Source: Candidatus Eiseniibacteriota bacterium (GTDB lineage: Bacteria > Eisenbacteria > RBG-16-71-46). From it: DNA of 16,217 nt. A program made the translations under genes and the position numbers. The stretch spans positions 1-16,217 of the forward strand of contig JBGPFC010000057.1 of the NCBI GenBank assembly GCA_041483195.1, in the 5' to 3' direction. The notes under the pieces are model-generated. The model was not told where the DNA came from. It searched no databases and saw nothing but the letters and a program-made list of their open reading frames with translations. Shown piece by piece: positions 7,452-14,954 of the stretch; the stretch's first letter is position 1, and every line of letters begins with the position of its first letter.

Positions 7452-8324
7452 ATGAAGCACACCCGACTCGTCATCGCCGCACTCGCTGTGGCCGCACTCG
7501 GGGCCTGGTCCGTCCTGGCCTTCGCGTCCGACAAGAACAGCGCGGCGGCCGCCTCGTCCAACGGCTCCACGTGCACGGCCGCGATGGCTGCGAAGTGCAC
7601 TCCCGAGATGGCCGCTGCCTGCAAGGCGAAGATGAGCGCGGCCGCCGCCTCGGGCGTGTGTCCGCACTCCGCGAAGGGTGTCTCGAACGCCCCGGGCGCG
7701 TGCCCCTACCACAACAGCGTGAACGCGGGCATCAACGCGTTCACCGCCAGCAGCGACGGCGGCGGCGCGCACGGCTCCTGCGCTGCGCACGCGGCCGGTG
7801 CTTCGACGTGCGGCGCGAACGGCGCGAGCGCCGTGACCGCCGGCGGCGAGATCGGCAACGGCAAGGGCTCCTGCGCGGCGCATGCGGCGGGCGGCAAGTG
7901 CGACGGGCGCGGCATGGCCGCGGCGGCCGACCGCTCCTCGCACACCGGTTGCGAGGCGTGCTCCGACATGGCGTTCTGCGAGAGCGAAGTGCAGTCGGTG
8001 GGCGCGATGGTGCAGGTCGTCCCGCTCAAGAACGGCGTGATGTACGTGTACACCGCGAACGGCTCGTCCAAGGTGCAGGCGGTGCAGGCCTCGATGGCCC
8101 GCCGCAACGATCACCTCACGGCGATCATGGCGGCCGGCGACAAGGCGCGGCTGTGCTCGGCGTGCAAGGCGATGCGCGGCGCGGTCGCGAGCGGCAAGCT
8201 CAACCGCGAGCTGATCAATATCGAAGGCGGCTGCCTCACGCTCATGACCTCGAGCGATCCGGCCATGGTCGCGAAGATCTACGACATGGCGGGAATCAAG
8301 GGCCCGCTCGCCTCGAAACTCTGA
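7452..8324 (+). CDS. Exported Cys/His/Met-rich hypothetical protein, putative metal-binding (290 aa)
   Basis: GGAGG RBS at 7441-7445. Sec signal peptide with AFA|S site. 15 Cys, two CxxC motifs, and repeated GSCAAHAAG. GC3-rich codon usage and a downstream terminator support that it is a real gene. Confidence 0.85.
   Translation: MKHTRLVIAALAVAALGAWSVLAFASDKNSAAAASSNGSTCTAAMAAKCTPEMAAACKAKMSAAAASGVCPHSAKGVSNAPGACPYHNSVNAGINAFTASSDGGGAHGSCAAHAAGASTCGANGASAVTAGGEIGNGKGSCAAHAAGGKCDGRGMAAAADRSSHTGCEACSDMAFCESEVQSVGAMVQVVPLKNGVMYVYTANGSSKVQAVQASMARRNDHLTAIMAAGDKARLCSACKAMRGAVASGKLNRELINIEGGCLTLMTSSDPAMVAKIYDMAGIKGPLASKL
7773..7892 (+). repeat. Two copies of GSCAAHAAG (codons 7773-7799 and 7866-7892)
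   Basis: Identical 9-aa peptide encoded with synonymous differences (ggctcctgcgctgcgcacgcggccggt vs ggctcctgcgcggcgcatgcggcgggc). Confidence 0.85.
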
Positions 8325-8344
8325 ACCCGGTGAGCCGGTTGCGG

Positions 8345-8380
8345 GGGCCGGTCCCGTTCGCGGGACCGGCCCGTTGCTTT
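8345..8380 (+). terminator. Intrinsic terminator-like hairpin after the Cys-rich gene
   Basis: 12-bp perfect stem GGGCCGGTCCCG / CGGGACCGGCCC with a TTCG loop (8357-8360), followed by GTTGCTTT. Confidence 0.75.
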
Positions 8381-8407
8381 GCCGGCCGCGGGGCTTGGGT
8401 CTAGGCT
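8379..8407 (+). promoter_or_regulatory. Sigma70-like promoter of the two-component operon
   Basis: TTGCCG (8379-8384), 17 nt, TAGGCT (8402-8407), 9 nt, ATG at 8417. No SD sequence. Confidence 0.55.
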
Positions 8408-8416
8408 CGGAACGTC

Positions 8417-9976
8417 ATGGTCGTTTCCCACTTTCGCCGCAGGGTGCTGATCGCCGTCACGCTGGGCGTGGCGCTGCCCGCGGTGCTGCTCGCGGCGACC
8501 GGCATCCTGCTCACGATGCGCATCGCGCGCGCGGTCGAGAACGACACGCTGCGCTACAACAGCTACGTGGGACAGCAGGTCGCGCAGGCGTTCGAGCAGG
8601 AGCTGATGGCGCACCTGCGGACCGCCGCCGGCCCCGCCGAGAACGCGGCGCGCGAGGGGAAGAGCGAGGCCGAGGTGCGGGCGGGGCTCGCGAGCGGCGC
8701 CGGCGAGTTCCTGGGCGTGAACTTCGTACGGGTCGACGATCTCAACGACCTCTCGATCCTGATGATCGAGGCGGAGCCGCTCGTTTTCGCCCCCGGCGAC
8801 GGACGACGCGCCGGGGAGTACTTCGTCGGCGTCCTGCTGCGCGGGCCGGACGGGCAGTTCATCGGATCCGGGGGCTGGTGGATGAACCCCCGCGACTTCC
8901 TCCAGCACAACCTCGAGGCGGTGTTCCACGAGCGCATGCCGGCCAACCCGCGCCTCTATGGCGGCATCGAGAACACGCGCAAGCTGAGCGTCGAGATCTT
9001 CGACGCCGAGAACCGGCCGGTCGGCCACGTGCGCGAGCCCGGCACGCTGCGCACCGCGCGAAGCGAGCAGATGCAGGGCCCGTTCGACAAGTTCACGGTG
9101 CGCATCGCCCCGACCGCGAACGCGCCGGCGATCTGGACCGGGCGGTTCCTCGCGCTCGAGATCGCGTTCATCCTGGTGATGGGCTGCGTCATCCTGGTCG
9201 CGATGCTGTTCGGATACCGCTACACCATCCGCCACCTCGAGCTCGCGCAGCTCAAGGCGGGCTTCGTCTCGAACGTCACCCACGAGCTGAAGACGCCGAT
9301 CTCGCTCATCCGGCTCGCGGTCGAGACCCTCGAGCTGCGCCGCGTCGCGAGCCCCGAGGAGACCGACCGCTTCCTGCGCACCATCGGCCGCGAGACGCAG
9401 AAGCTGAGCCAGCTGGTGGACAACATCCTGGACTTCGCGCGGCTCGAGGCCGGGCAGGGCGTCTTCAAGTTCACGGCGGTCGACGTCGCGGCCCTCGTGC
9501 AGGACGCGGTCGAGAGCCTGAAGCCGCGCTTCGACCACCAGGGCTTCGCCGTCGAGGTGGATCTGCCGGACGGCCTGCCGGCGGCGCGCGGCGACGCGGT
9601 CGCGCTCACCCACTGCCTGCTCAACCTGTTCGACAACGCCATCAAGTACTCGCGCACGCGGAAGGAGATCCGCGTCGCGGCGGCCGCCCGCGACGGCGCG
9701 GTCACGATCTCGGTCACCGATCGCGGGATCGGCATCTCGCCGTCCGATCGCAAGCGCATCTTCGAGAAGTTCGTGCGGCTCGAAACCGGCCTCGTGCACG
9801 ACGTGCGCGGCGCCGGGCTGGGGCTGGCACTCGTGGATCAGATCATGCGCGCCCACCAGGGGCGCATCGAGGTCGTGAGCGCCCTCAACGAGGGCAGCAC
9901 GTTCACCCTGGTCATACCGGCCGCGGCGGGGACGGAAGGCGTCCGCGCCGAGCCGCAGCAGCAGACGGCATCCTGA
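8417..9976 (+). CDS. Membrane sensor histidine kinase (HisKA + HATPase_c, 519 aa)
   Basis: Two TM helices flanking an extracytoplasmic domain. H-box FVSNVTHELKTP, N-box NLFDNAIKYS, G1 DRGIGI, F-box IFEKF, G2 GAGLGL. Confidence 0.95.
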   Translation: MVVSHFRRRVLIAVTLGVALPAVLLAATGILLTMRIARAVENDTLRYNSYVGQQVAQAFEQELMAHLRTAAGPAENAAREGKSEAEVRAGLASGAGEFLGVNFVRVDDLNDLSILMIEAEPLVFAPGDGRRAGEYFVGVLLRGPDGQFIGSGGWWMNPRDFLQHNLEAVFHERMPANPRLYGGIENTRKLSVEIFDAENRPVGHVREPGTLRTARSEQMQGPFDKFTVRIAPTANAPAIWTGRFLALEIAFILVMGCVILVAMLFGYRYTIRHLELAQLKAGFVSNVTHELKTPISLIRLAVETLELRRVASPEETDRFLRTIGRETQKLSQLVDNILDFARLEAGQGVFKFTAVDVAALVQDAVESLKPRFDHQGFAVEVDLPDGLPAARGDAVALTHCLLNLFDNAIKYSRTRKEIRVAAAARDGAVTISVTDRGIGISPSDRKRIFEKFVRLETGLVHDVRGAGLGLALVDQIMRAHQGRIEVVSALNEGSTFTLVIPAAAGTEGVRAEPQQQTAS

Positions 9977-9998
9977 AGTACCAACGCGAGGAACGACC

Positions 9999-10691
9999 AT
10001 GAAGCGTGTGTTGATCGTGGAGGACGAAGAGGGGTTGCTCGAAGGACTCGCCCACAATTTTCGCTACGACGGCTACGAGGTGCTGACCGCGAAGAACGGG
10101 CACGAAGGCCTGAAGCTCGCGCTCAAGCAGAAGCCGGACGTGGTGCTGCTCGACATCATGCTGCCCGAGAAGGACGGGTTCGCCGTGCTCAAGGAGCTGC
10201 GCCAGCGCCACCGCGACATCCCGGTGCTGGTCATGACCGCCCGCAACTTCGAGGCGGACGTGCTGAAGGGCTTCGATCTCGGAGCCGACGACTACGTCAC
10301 CAAGCCGTTCGGCATCAAGGAACTCATGGCGCGCGTGAAGCGCCTGGTGCAGCGCGGGCCGTCCGGCGCGCCGGCGCCGGGGCCGACGATCTACGCGTTC
10401 GGCGACGTCGAGGTGCGCTTCGAGCCGCGCGAGGTGTACAAGGCGGCGGCCGAGGTCGCGCTCTCGTTCAAGGAATTCGAGCTGCTCAAGTATCTCATCG
10501 AGCATCGCGGCCGCACCGTGTCACGCGAGGAGCTGCTCGAGGAGATCTGGGGCGTCGACGAGGACCTGGGCGTCACGACCCGCACGGTGGACACGCACGT
10601 CTCGAATCTGAGATCGAAGCTCGGGGCGGGGTTCGCTCAGCCGTTCATCGTGGCGGTCCACAAGGTGGGCTACAAGTTCGTCGAGCCGTAG
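9999..10691 (+). CDS. OmpR/PhoB-family response regulator (230 aa)
   Basis: REC domain (VLIVEDE, LLDIMLP, GADDYVTKPF) and winged helix (SREELLEEIWG..TRTVDTHVSNLRSKL..VGYKF). GAGG RBS upstream. Confidence 0.96.
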   Translation: MKRVLIVEDEEGLLEGLAHNFRYDGYEVLTAKNGHEGLKLALKQKPDVVLLDIMLPEKDGFAVLKELRQRHRDIPVLVMTARNFEADVLKGFDLGADDYVTKPFGIKELMARVKRLVQRGPSGAPAPGPTIYAFGDVEVRFEPREVYKAAAEVALSFKEFELLKYLIEHRGRTVSREELLEEIWGVDEDLGVTTRTVDTHVSNLRSKLGAGFAQPFIVAVHKVGYKFVEP

Positions 10692-10697
10692 CGGCGA

Positions 10698-10716
10698 GCG
10701 GGTCGCGCCGGCCCGC
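10698..10716. terminator. Short GC hairpin between the convergent response regulator and cytochrome genes
   Basis: GCGGGTCG-cgc-CGGCCCGC, an 8-bp stem with one G-U pair. No U-tract. Confidence 0.3.
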
Positions 10717-10722
10717 GGCGCT

Positions 10723-11700
10723 TCACTTCGCGTCGACGAACGGCGGACCCGCGTCGTGCTCGACCGGCGGAACGGTCTTCAGGTAGCGGTAGATCGCGCG
10801 CAGGTCGTCTTCGTTCATGCGCTGGTAGCACTGCCACGGCATGGGAGATCCCGGGATGGCGCGCCCGCCCCGCATCCGCGCGATGAATTCGTCCTCATCG
10901 AGCGTCGCGAGCCGCCCGGTGCCGGGCGCGGTCGTGATGTTGGGCGGCGACCACGCGCGCTTGGGATTGCTGCGGTCGCCGTCCCCCGAGGTCGCGCCCG
11001 CGAACGGAGCGCCGGTGAACGCGCCGGTGGCCGGATCGCGCTCGGTGTGGCACGCGCCGCACTTGGCGACCGACTCGACGAGATAGCGGCCGTTCCCGAC
11101 CGTCGGCCCCGCGGGATTGCGCTGCGGGGGCGGGCTCGCGGGGCCCACGGGCTTCGCGAGCAGGGTCGCCTTCACGATCATCCCGACCACGTTGTAGTGG
11201 TGTGGCGGGACGGCGTTGCGCACGGCAGGCTGCGTGCGCAGGTAGGAGACGACCGCGACCAGGTCTTCGTCGGAGAGGCCCTGGAATTCCATGAACGGCA
11301 GCAGCGCGCGGCCGTCGCGGCCCACGCCATACCTCAGCGCGCGGGCGATCGCCCCATCCGGCGCCGCGCCGATGCCGGTCCCCGCGTCGGACGTGATGTT
11401 GAGCGCGTAGAACGTGCCGGGCGGGATGTGCCACGCGTAGCCGCCGCTGAGCGGCACGTCGTCGCCCTGCTCGAACGCCGCGTAGCGGGCCGGATCCCCG
11501 TGGCAGCTCGCGCAGGCCGCGACGCTGCGCACGACGTAACGCCCGCGCGCGATCACCGCCGAATCGCCGGAAGCAGCGACCGCAGGGGCGGGCGCGGTGA
11601 ACGTGAGGTGCTGCCGGGACGCGACGAAGATGGCGAAACCCACGATCGCGATCAGCAGCACCGCGGCCAGCGTCGCGAACAACAATCGAACCAGGGTCAT
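10723..11700 (-). CDS. Membrane-anchored dihaem cytochrome c (325 aa)
   Basis: N-terminal TM anchor. Two GRY.V....CxxCH domains (CASCH, CGACH), each followed by NIT and a (P)M motif (LLPFM, PMPW) and DL.Ah..YL.T. GGAG RBS. Confidence 0.92.
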   Translation of the reverse strand: MTLVRLLFATLAAVLLIAIVGFAIFVASRQHLTFTAPAPAVAASGDSAVIARGRYVVRSVAACASCHGDPARYAAFEQGDDVPLSGGYAWHIPPGTFYALNITSDAGTGIGAAPDGAIARALRYGVGRDGRALLPFMEFQGLSDEDLVAVVSYLRTQPAVRNAVPPHHYNVVGMIVKATLLAKPVGPASPPPQRNPAGPTVGNGRYLVESVAKCGACHTERDPATGAFTGAPFAGATSGDGDRSNPKRAWSPPNITTAPGTGRLATLDEDEFIARMRGGRAIPGSPMPWQCYQRMNEDDLRAIYRYLKTVPPVEHDAGPPFVDAK

Positions 11701-11737
11701 GGGCGCTCCCGGGCGGGCGATTCGTTCGGCGCGCGAA

Positions 11738-11766
11738 ACCGTAGCACACGCCGTGCGGAGCCGGAA
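11738..11766 (-). promoter_or_regulatory. Candidate extended -10 promoter of the cytochrome c gene
   Basis: Minus strand TGcTACGGT (11746-11738), with TTCCGG 17 nt upstream of the -10 hexamer. Confidence 0.4.
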
Positions 11767-11777
11767 GAAACGGCTCG

Positions 11778-12695
11778 CTACTCGCCGGGCCCCGCGGCCC
11801 GCGCGAGCTTCGCGAACTCATCGAGCGACAGCGTCTCGCCGCGGCGGCGCGGGTCGATCCCCGCGATGCGGCACATCCGCTCCACGTCGGGCTTCGGCAG
11901 CGCGAGCGACTCCTCGATCGTGTTGAGCAGCTGCTTGCGCCGCATCTGGAACGATCCGCGGATGATCCGGAACAGCAGCGCCTCGCTCGGCACGTCCACC
12001 GGCGGGTGCTCGCGCATGAAGAAGCGGACCAACAGGCTGTCGACCTCGGGCCGCGGCCAGAACGCGGCAGCGCGCAGCGGCATGAGCGGCTCGAGCAGCG
12101 CGTGGAAGCGCGCGAACAACGTGAGCGATCCGTACTCGGGCGTTCCGGGCGCGGCCGAGAGCCGCTCCGCGTATTCCTTCTGCACCAGCAGCACGGCGGT
12201 GCGCACCGCGTGCCGCTGCTCGAAGAGATGTTCGATCACCGGGGTCGTGATGTTGTACGGGATGTTCCCGACCACCGCGAGCTTCTCCACGCCGTGTGCG
12301 GCCGCGGCGGCCGCGAGATCGAACTCCAGGAAGTCGCCCTCCACGATTTCGACGCGCGGCGTGCCGGCCATTTCCTCGCGCAGCAGCTCCGCCAGTCCCA
12401 TGTCCATCTCGACCGCGATCAGCTGCCGCACGCGCTGCGCGATCAGCGGGGTGAGCGCTCCGGCGCCGGGTCCGATCTCGATCGCGACGTCGTCCTCGCG
12501 CAGATGGCAGTGGTCGACGATGCGTTCGGCGAGATCCTCGCGCACCAGGAAGTTCTGGCCGAAACGCTTGCGCGGCGAGAGCCCGCGCGCGGCGAGGTTG
12601 TCCTTGAGGCGCGTGAGCGCGCTGCCCTCGGCGGCCGCGCGCTCCCGGACGTAACTCGAGGCGCGGCGGGCGCGGGGCAGAAGGGGCCGAGTCAT
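11778..12695 (-). CDS. rsmA: 16S rRNA m6,2A1518/1519 dimethyltransferase RsmA/KsgA (305 aa)
   Basis: KRFGQNFL, IEIGPGAGALT, VVGNIPYNITT, QKEYAERL, FWPRPEVDS, F..RRKQL.N and RRGETLSLDEF motifs. Confidence 0.97.
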   Translation of the reverse strand: MTRPLLPRARRASSYVRERAAAEGSALTRLKDNLAARGLSPRKRFGQNFLVREDLAERIVDHCHLREDDVAIEIGPGAGALTPLIAQRVRQLIAVEMDMGLAELLREEMAGTPRVEIVEGDFLEFDLAAAAAAHGVEKLAVVGNIPYNITTPVIEHLFEQRHAVRTAVLLVQKEYAERLSAAPGTPEYGSLTLFARFHALLEPLMPLRAAAFWPRPEVDSLLVRFFMREHPPVDVPSEALLFRIIRGSFQMRRKQLLNTIEESLALPKPDVERMCRIAGIDPRRRGETLSLDEFAKLARAAGPGE

Positions 12696-12701
12696 GCGCG
12701 C

Positions 12702-12730
12702 AGTCTAGGGGCGGAGGCTCCCGGTGGAAA
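12702..12730 (-). promoter_or_regulatory. Candidate leaderless promoter of rsmA
   Basis: Minus strand: TTTCCA (12730-12725), 17 nt, TAGACT (12707-12702), 6 nt, ATG at 12695. No SD sequence. Confidence 0.55.
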
Positions 12731-12766
12731 GCGGCGCGGCGGCGCGCACGATCGGGCGCGAGCCAT

Positions 12767-12795
12767 TTGTCAGCGCAAATCGCGAGGGCTAATCT
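12767..12795 (+). promoter_or_regulatory. Sigma70-like promoter of the secreted repeat protein
   Basis: TTGTCA (12767-12772), 17 nt, TAATCT (12790-12795). AAGGAGG RBS at 12827-12833. Confidence 0.65.
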
Positions 12796-12839
12796 GCCGC
12801 CCGCCCCAGTCAACTCCACCGTGGGCAAGGAGGAGTGCC

Positions 12840-14936
12840 ATGCGTCGCCTGATCCCCCTCGTCAGCGCGCTGTGCTTCATCGGCGCGTGGGCCGCCAGCA
12901 GCGCGGCCTCCGATCACGTTCGCTTCATGGGTCGCGACTTCCCGCGCGCGGGCTCGCCCGCGTTTCGGGCCGAGCGCGCGCGGCTCGCCGCCCTCGGCGC
13001 GCTGGGCGCGGACGCCGCGCGAACCCGCGCGGACCTCGCGCGGAACCCCGGCGCGCCTCGCGATGGCGCGGACGCCACCAACGCCTGGGTCGGCGGGGGG
13101 ATCCCGGTGACCAACACCAGCTTCGTCGCGCAGTTCAGCGTGAGCGCGATCCCGGACGGCACGAGCGGCGTGTTGATGGCGTGGATGGATACCCGCCACG
13201 GGAACCTGGACATCTTCTCGACGCGGCTCACGTCCAACGGCGATCTCTCGCCGGGATGGCCGGCCGCGGGGTTCGCGCTCTCGATCGACGACTCGAACCA
13301 GTTCTCGCCGGACGTCGAATCCGACGGCGCGAACGGCGCGTTCGTGGCGTTCGGCGACATCGGAGTGGGCGGTTACGGGAACGTCTACCTGCAGCACGTG
13401 ACGGCGACCGGATCCGTCGCGTCCGGCTTCCCTCAGAACGGGCTGGTCGTGGTGCCGCCCGGAGCGCCGGGCTTCGGCCTGATCGACGGCGGAAGCTCGG
13501 CCTACGTGAGCTGGCTCGACGCGACGAGCCAGATCCGGCTGGTCCTCATCACCGGCGCCGGGGCGGTCGCGCCGGGCTGGACTTCCGCCGGGCTCGCGAT
13601 CGGGCCCGAGAACCCGTCCGGATGGCCGGATGTCTCGGCCGTGCGAGACGGCGCGGGCGGGGGATACATCGGGTGGGTGCAGACCGACTCGGTCATGATC
13701 ACGCGCGTCACGTCGAGCGGCGGCTTCGCCTCGGGATGGTCGGCGGCGGGACTCATGCTCGTGGACGGCACCGCGAGCGGCGCCGACCTGCAGCTCGCGC
13801 TGCTCTCGAACGGCGACGCGATGGTGTTCTGGAGCGATTACCGGAACGGATTCGACACCGACCTTTACGCGATGCGCGTGACGGCGGCCGGCGGGCTCGG
13901 GCCGTCGTGGCCCGCGAACGGCGCCCCGCTGTGCACCAAGGGCGGCGATCAGAGCCTGCTCGGCGCGGTTGGGGACGCGAGCGGCGGCGCGATCGGGATC
14001 TTCGACACCGACGCCACCGGGCTGTTCGCGGAGCGCATCGACTCAGGCGGCGGGATCGCATCGGGCTGGCCCGGGACCGGGCTCCAGCTCTGCGCTCCGA
14101 TTTCGGGCAAGTCATCGGGCAGGCCGGTGGCGGATGGAGCCGACGGCGCGCTGCTCGCGTGGAGCACGATGGGCGGGCTCGACTACGACGTCTTCGCGCA
14201 GCGCATGGCGTCGACCGGGGGAATCTTCACGGGATGGCCCGGGAGCGGCGCGATCGTCAGCAGCGCCACCGGGGCCCAGGAAAATCCCGAGGGCGTGACC
14301 GACAACGCGGCGGGCATGTTCGTCATGTGGGAGGACTCCCGCGGCTTCTTCCCCGTGATCTACGCCGGCCACGTGCTCGCGAACGGCGTCGTGCCGGCGC
14401 TCGCTTCGCTGGTCGAGGCGGCCGCGGAGCCGGATCGCGTGCGGCTCAGCTGGTACAGCCCGGATGGCGCGGCGTTCGTCGCCGACCTCCAGCGCGCCGA
14501 CGGCGATGCTGAGTTCGCGACGATCGCGACGGTGCGTGCGGATGGCCTCGGCCACGTCACGTACGAGGACCGCGACGTGCTGCCGGGCCACGACTATCGC
14601 TATCGCCTCGCGATCGCGGAGGCCGGCGGAATGCGCTACCTCGGAGCGGTGACGCTGCGGGTGCCCGATGCGTTGCGGCTCGCGGTCGCGGGCTTCCGTC
14701 CCAATCCCGCAGCCGGAGTTCCGAGCATCGCCTTCTCGCTGCCGGGGCGCGAGAGCGCGCGCATCGAGGTGTTCGACATCGCCGGCCGCCGCGTGCTCGA
14801 GCGCGAGATCGCGGGGGCCGCGCCGGGCGAGCGCGTGATGCCGCTCGGCGGCGCGCGGCTCGATGGCGGCGTGTATCTGTTGCGCGTCACGCAGGGCGCG
14901 CGCTCGGTCAGCGCGCGGGGCGTCGTGCTGCGCTGA
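12840..14936 (+). CDS. Secreted repeat protein (698 aa): about 8 beta-propeller-like repeats, an Ig/FN3-like domain and a T9SS type A / FlgD-like C-terminal domain
   Basis: Start set at ATG 12840 (strong RBS; signal peptide MRRLIPLVSALCFIGAWAASSAA), not 12006. Repeats of form DG.gGahhaW..D...h...R...G....GWp..G. C-terminus FRPNP..IEVFDIAGRRV..GVYLLRV..VVLR. Confidence 0.85.
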   Translation: MRRLIPLVSALCFIGAWAASSAASDHVRFMGRDFPRAGSPAFRAERARLAALGALGADAARTRADLARNPGAPRDGADATNAWVGGGIPVTNTSFVAQFSVSAIPDGTSGVLMAWMDTRHGNLDIFSTRLTSNGDLSPGWPAAGFALSIDDSNQFSPDVESDGANGAFVAFGDIGVGGYGNVYLQHVTATGSVASGFPQNGLVVVPPGAPGFGLIDGGSSAYVSWLDATSQIRLVLITGAGAVAPGWTSAGLAIGPENPSGWPDVSAVRDGAGGGYIGWVQTDSVMITRVTSSGGFASGWSAAGLMLVDGTASGADLQLALLSNGDAMVFWSDYRNGFDTDLYAMRVTAAGGLGPSWPANGAPLCTKGGDQSLLGAVGDASGGAIGIFDTDATGLFAERIDSGGGIASGWPGTGLQLCAPISGKSSGRPVADGADGALLAWSTMGGLDYDVFAQRMASTGGIFTGWPGSGAIVSSATGAQENPEGVTDNAAGMFVMWEDSRGFFPVIYAGHVLANGVVPALASLVEAAAEPDRVRLSWYSPDGAAFVADLQRADGDAEFATIATVRADGLGHVTYEDRDVLPGHDYRYRLAIAEAGGMRYLGAVTLRVPDALRLAVAGFRPNPAAGVPSIAFSLPGRESARIEVFDIAGRRVLEREIAGAAPGERVMPLGGARLDGGVYLLRVTQGARSVSARGVVLR

Positions 14937-14954
14937 TCCCGGACCGGACGCGAT

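Noticed and set aside
7950..8165. CxxC motifs of the Cys-rich protein as haem c attachment sites
   Set aside because: Neither is followed by His (CEACS, CSACK).
8322..8372. In-frame TGA-ACC-CGG-TGA (would read UxxU) followed by hairpins at the end of the Cys-rich gene, suggesting selenocysteine read-through
   Set aside because: The protein ends naturally after its second internal repeat, the read-through sequence is not protein-like or in frame with the kinase, and the hairpin fits a terminator. Tandem TGA stops are common in GC-rich genomes. Homologues with CxxC at this position would reopen the question.
8279..12654. Long ORFs 8279..10057 (-), 8374..10002 (+) and 10756..12654 (+)
   Set aside because: Shadows of the kinase, cytochrome c and rsmA genes, with no recognisable domains.
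12006..12839. 278-codon N-terminal extension of the 976-aa ORF
   Set aside because: Antisense to rsmA. The promoter, AAGGAGG RBS and signal peptide all point to ATG 12840.
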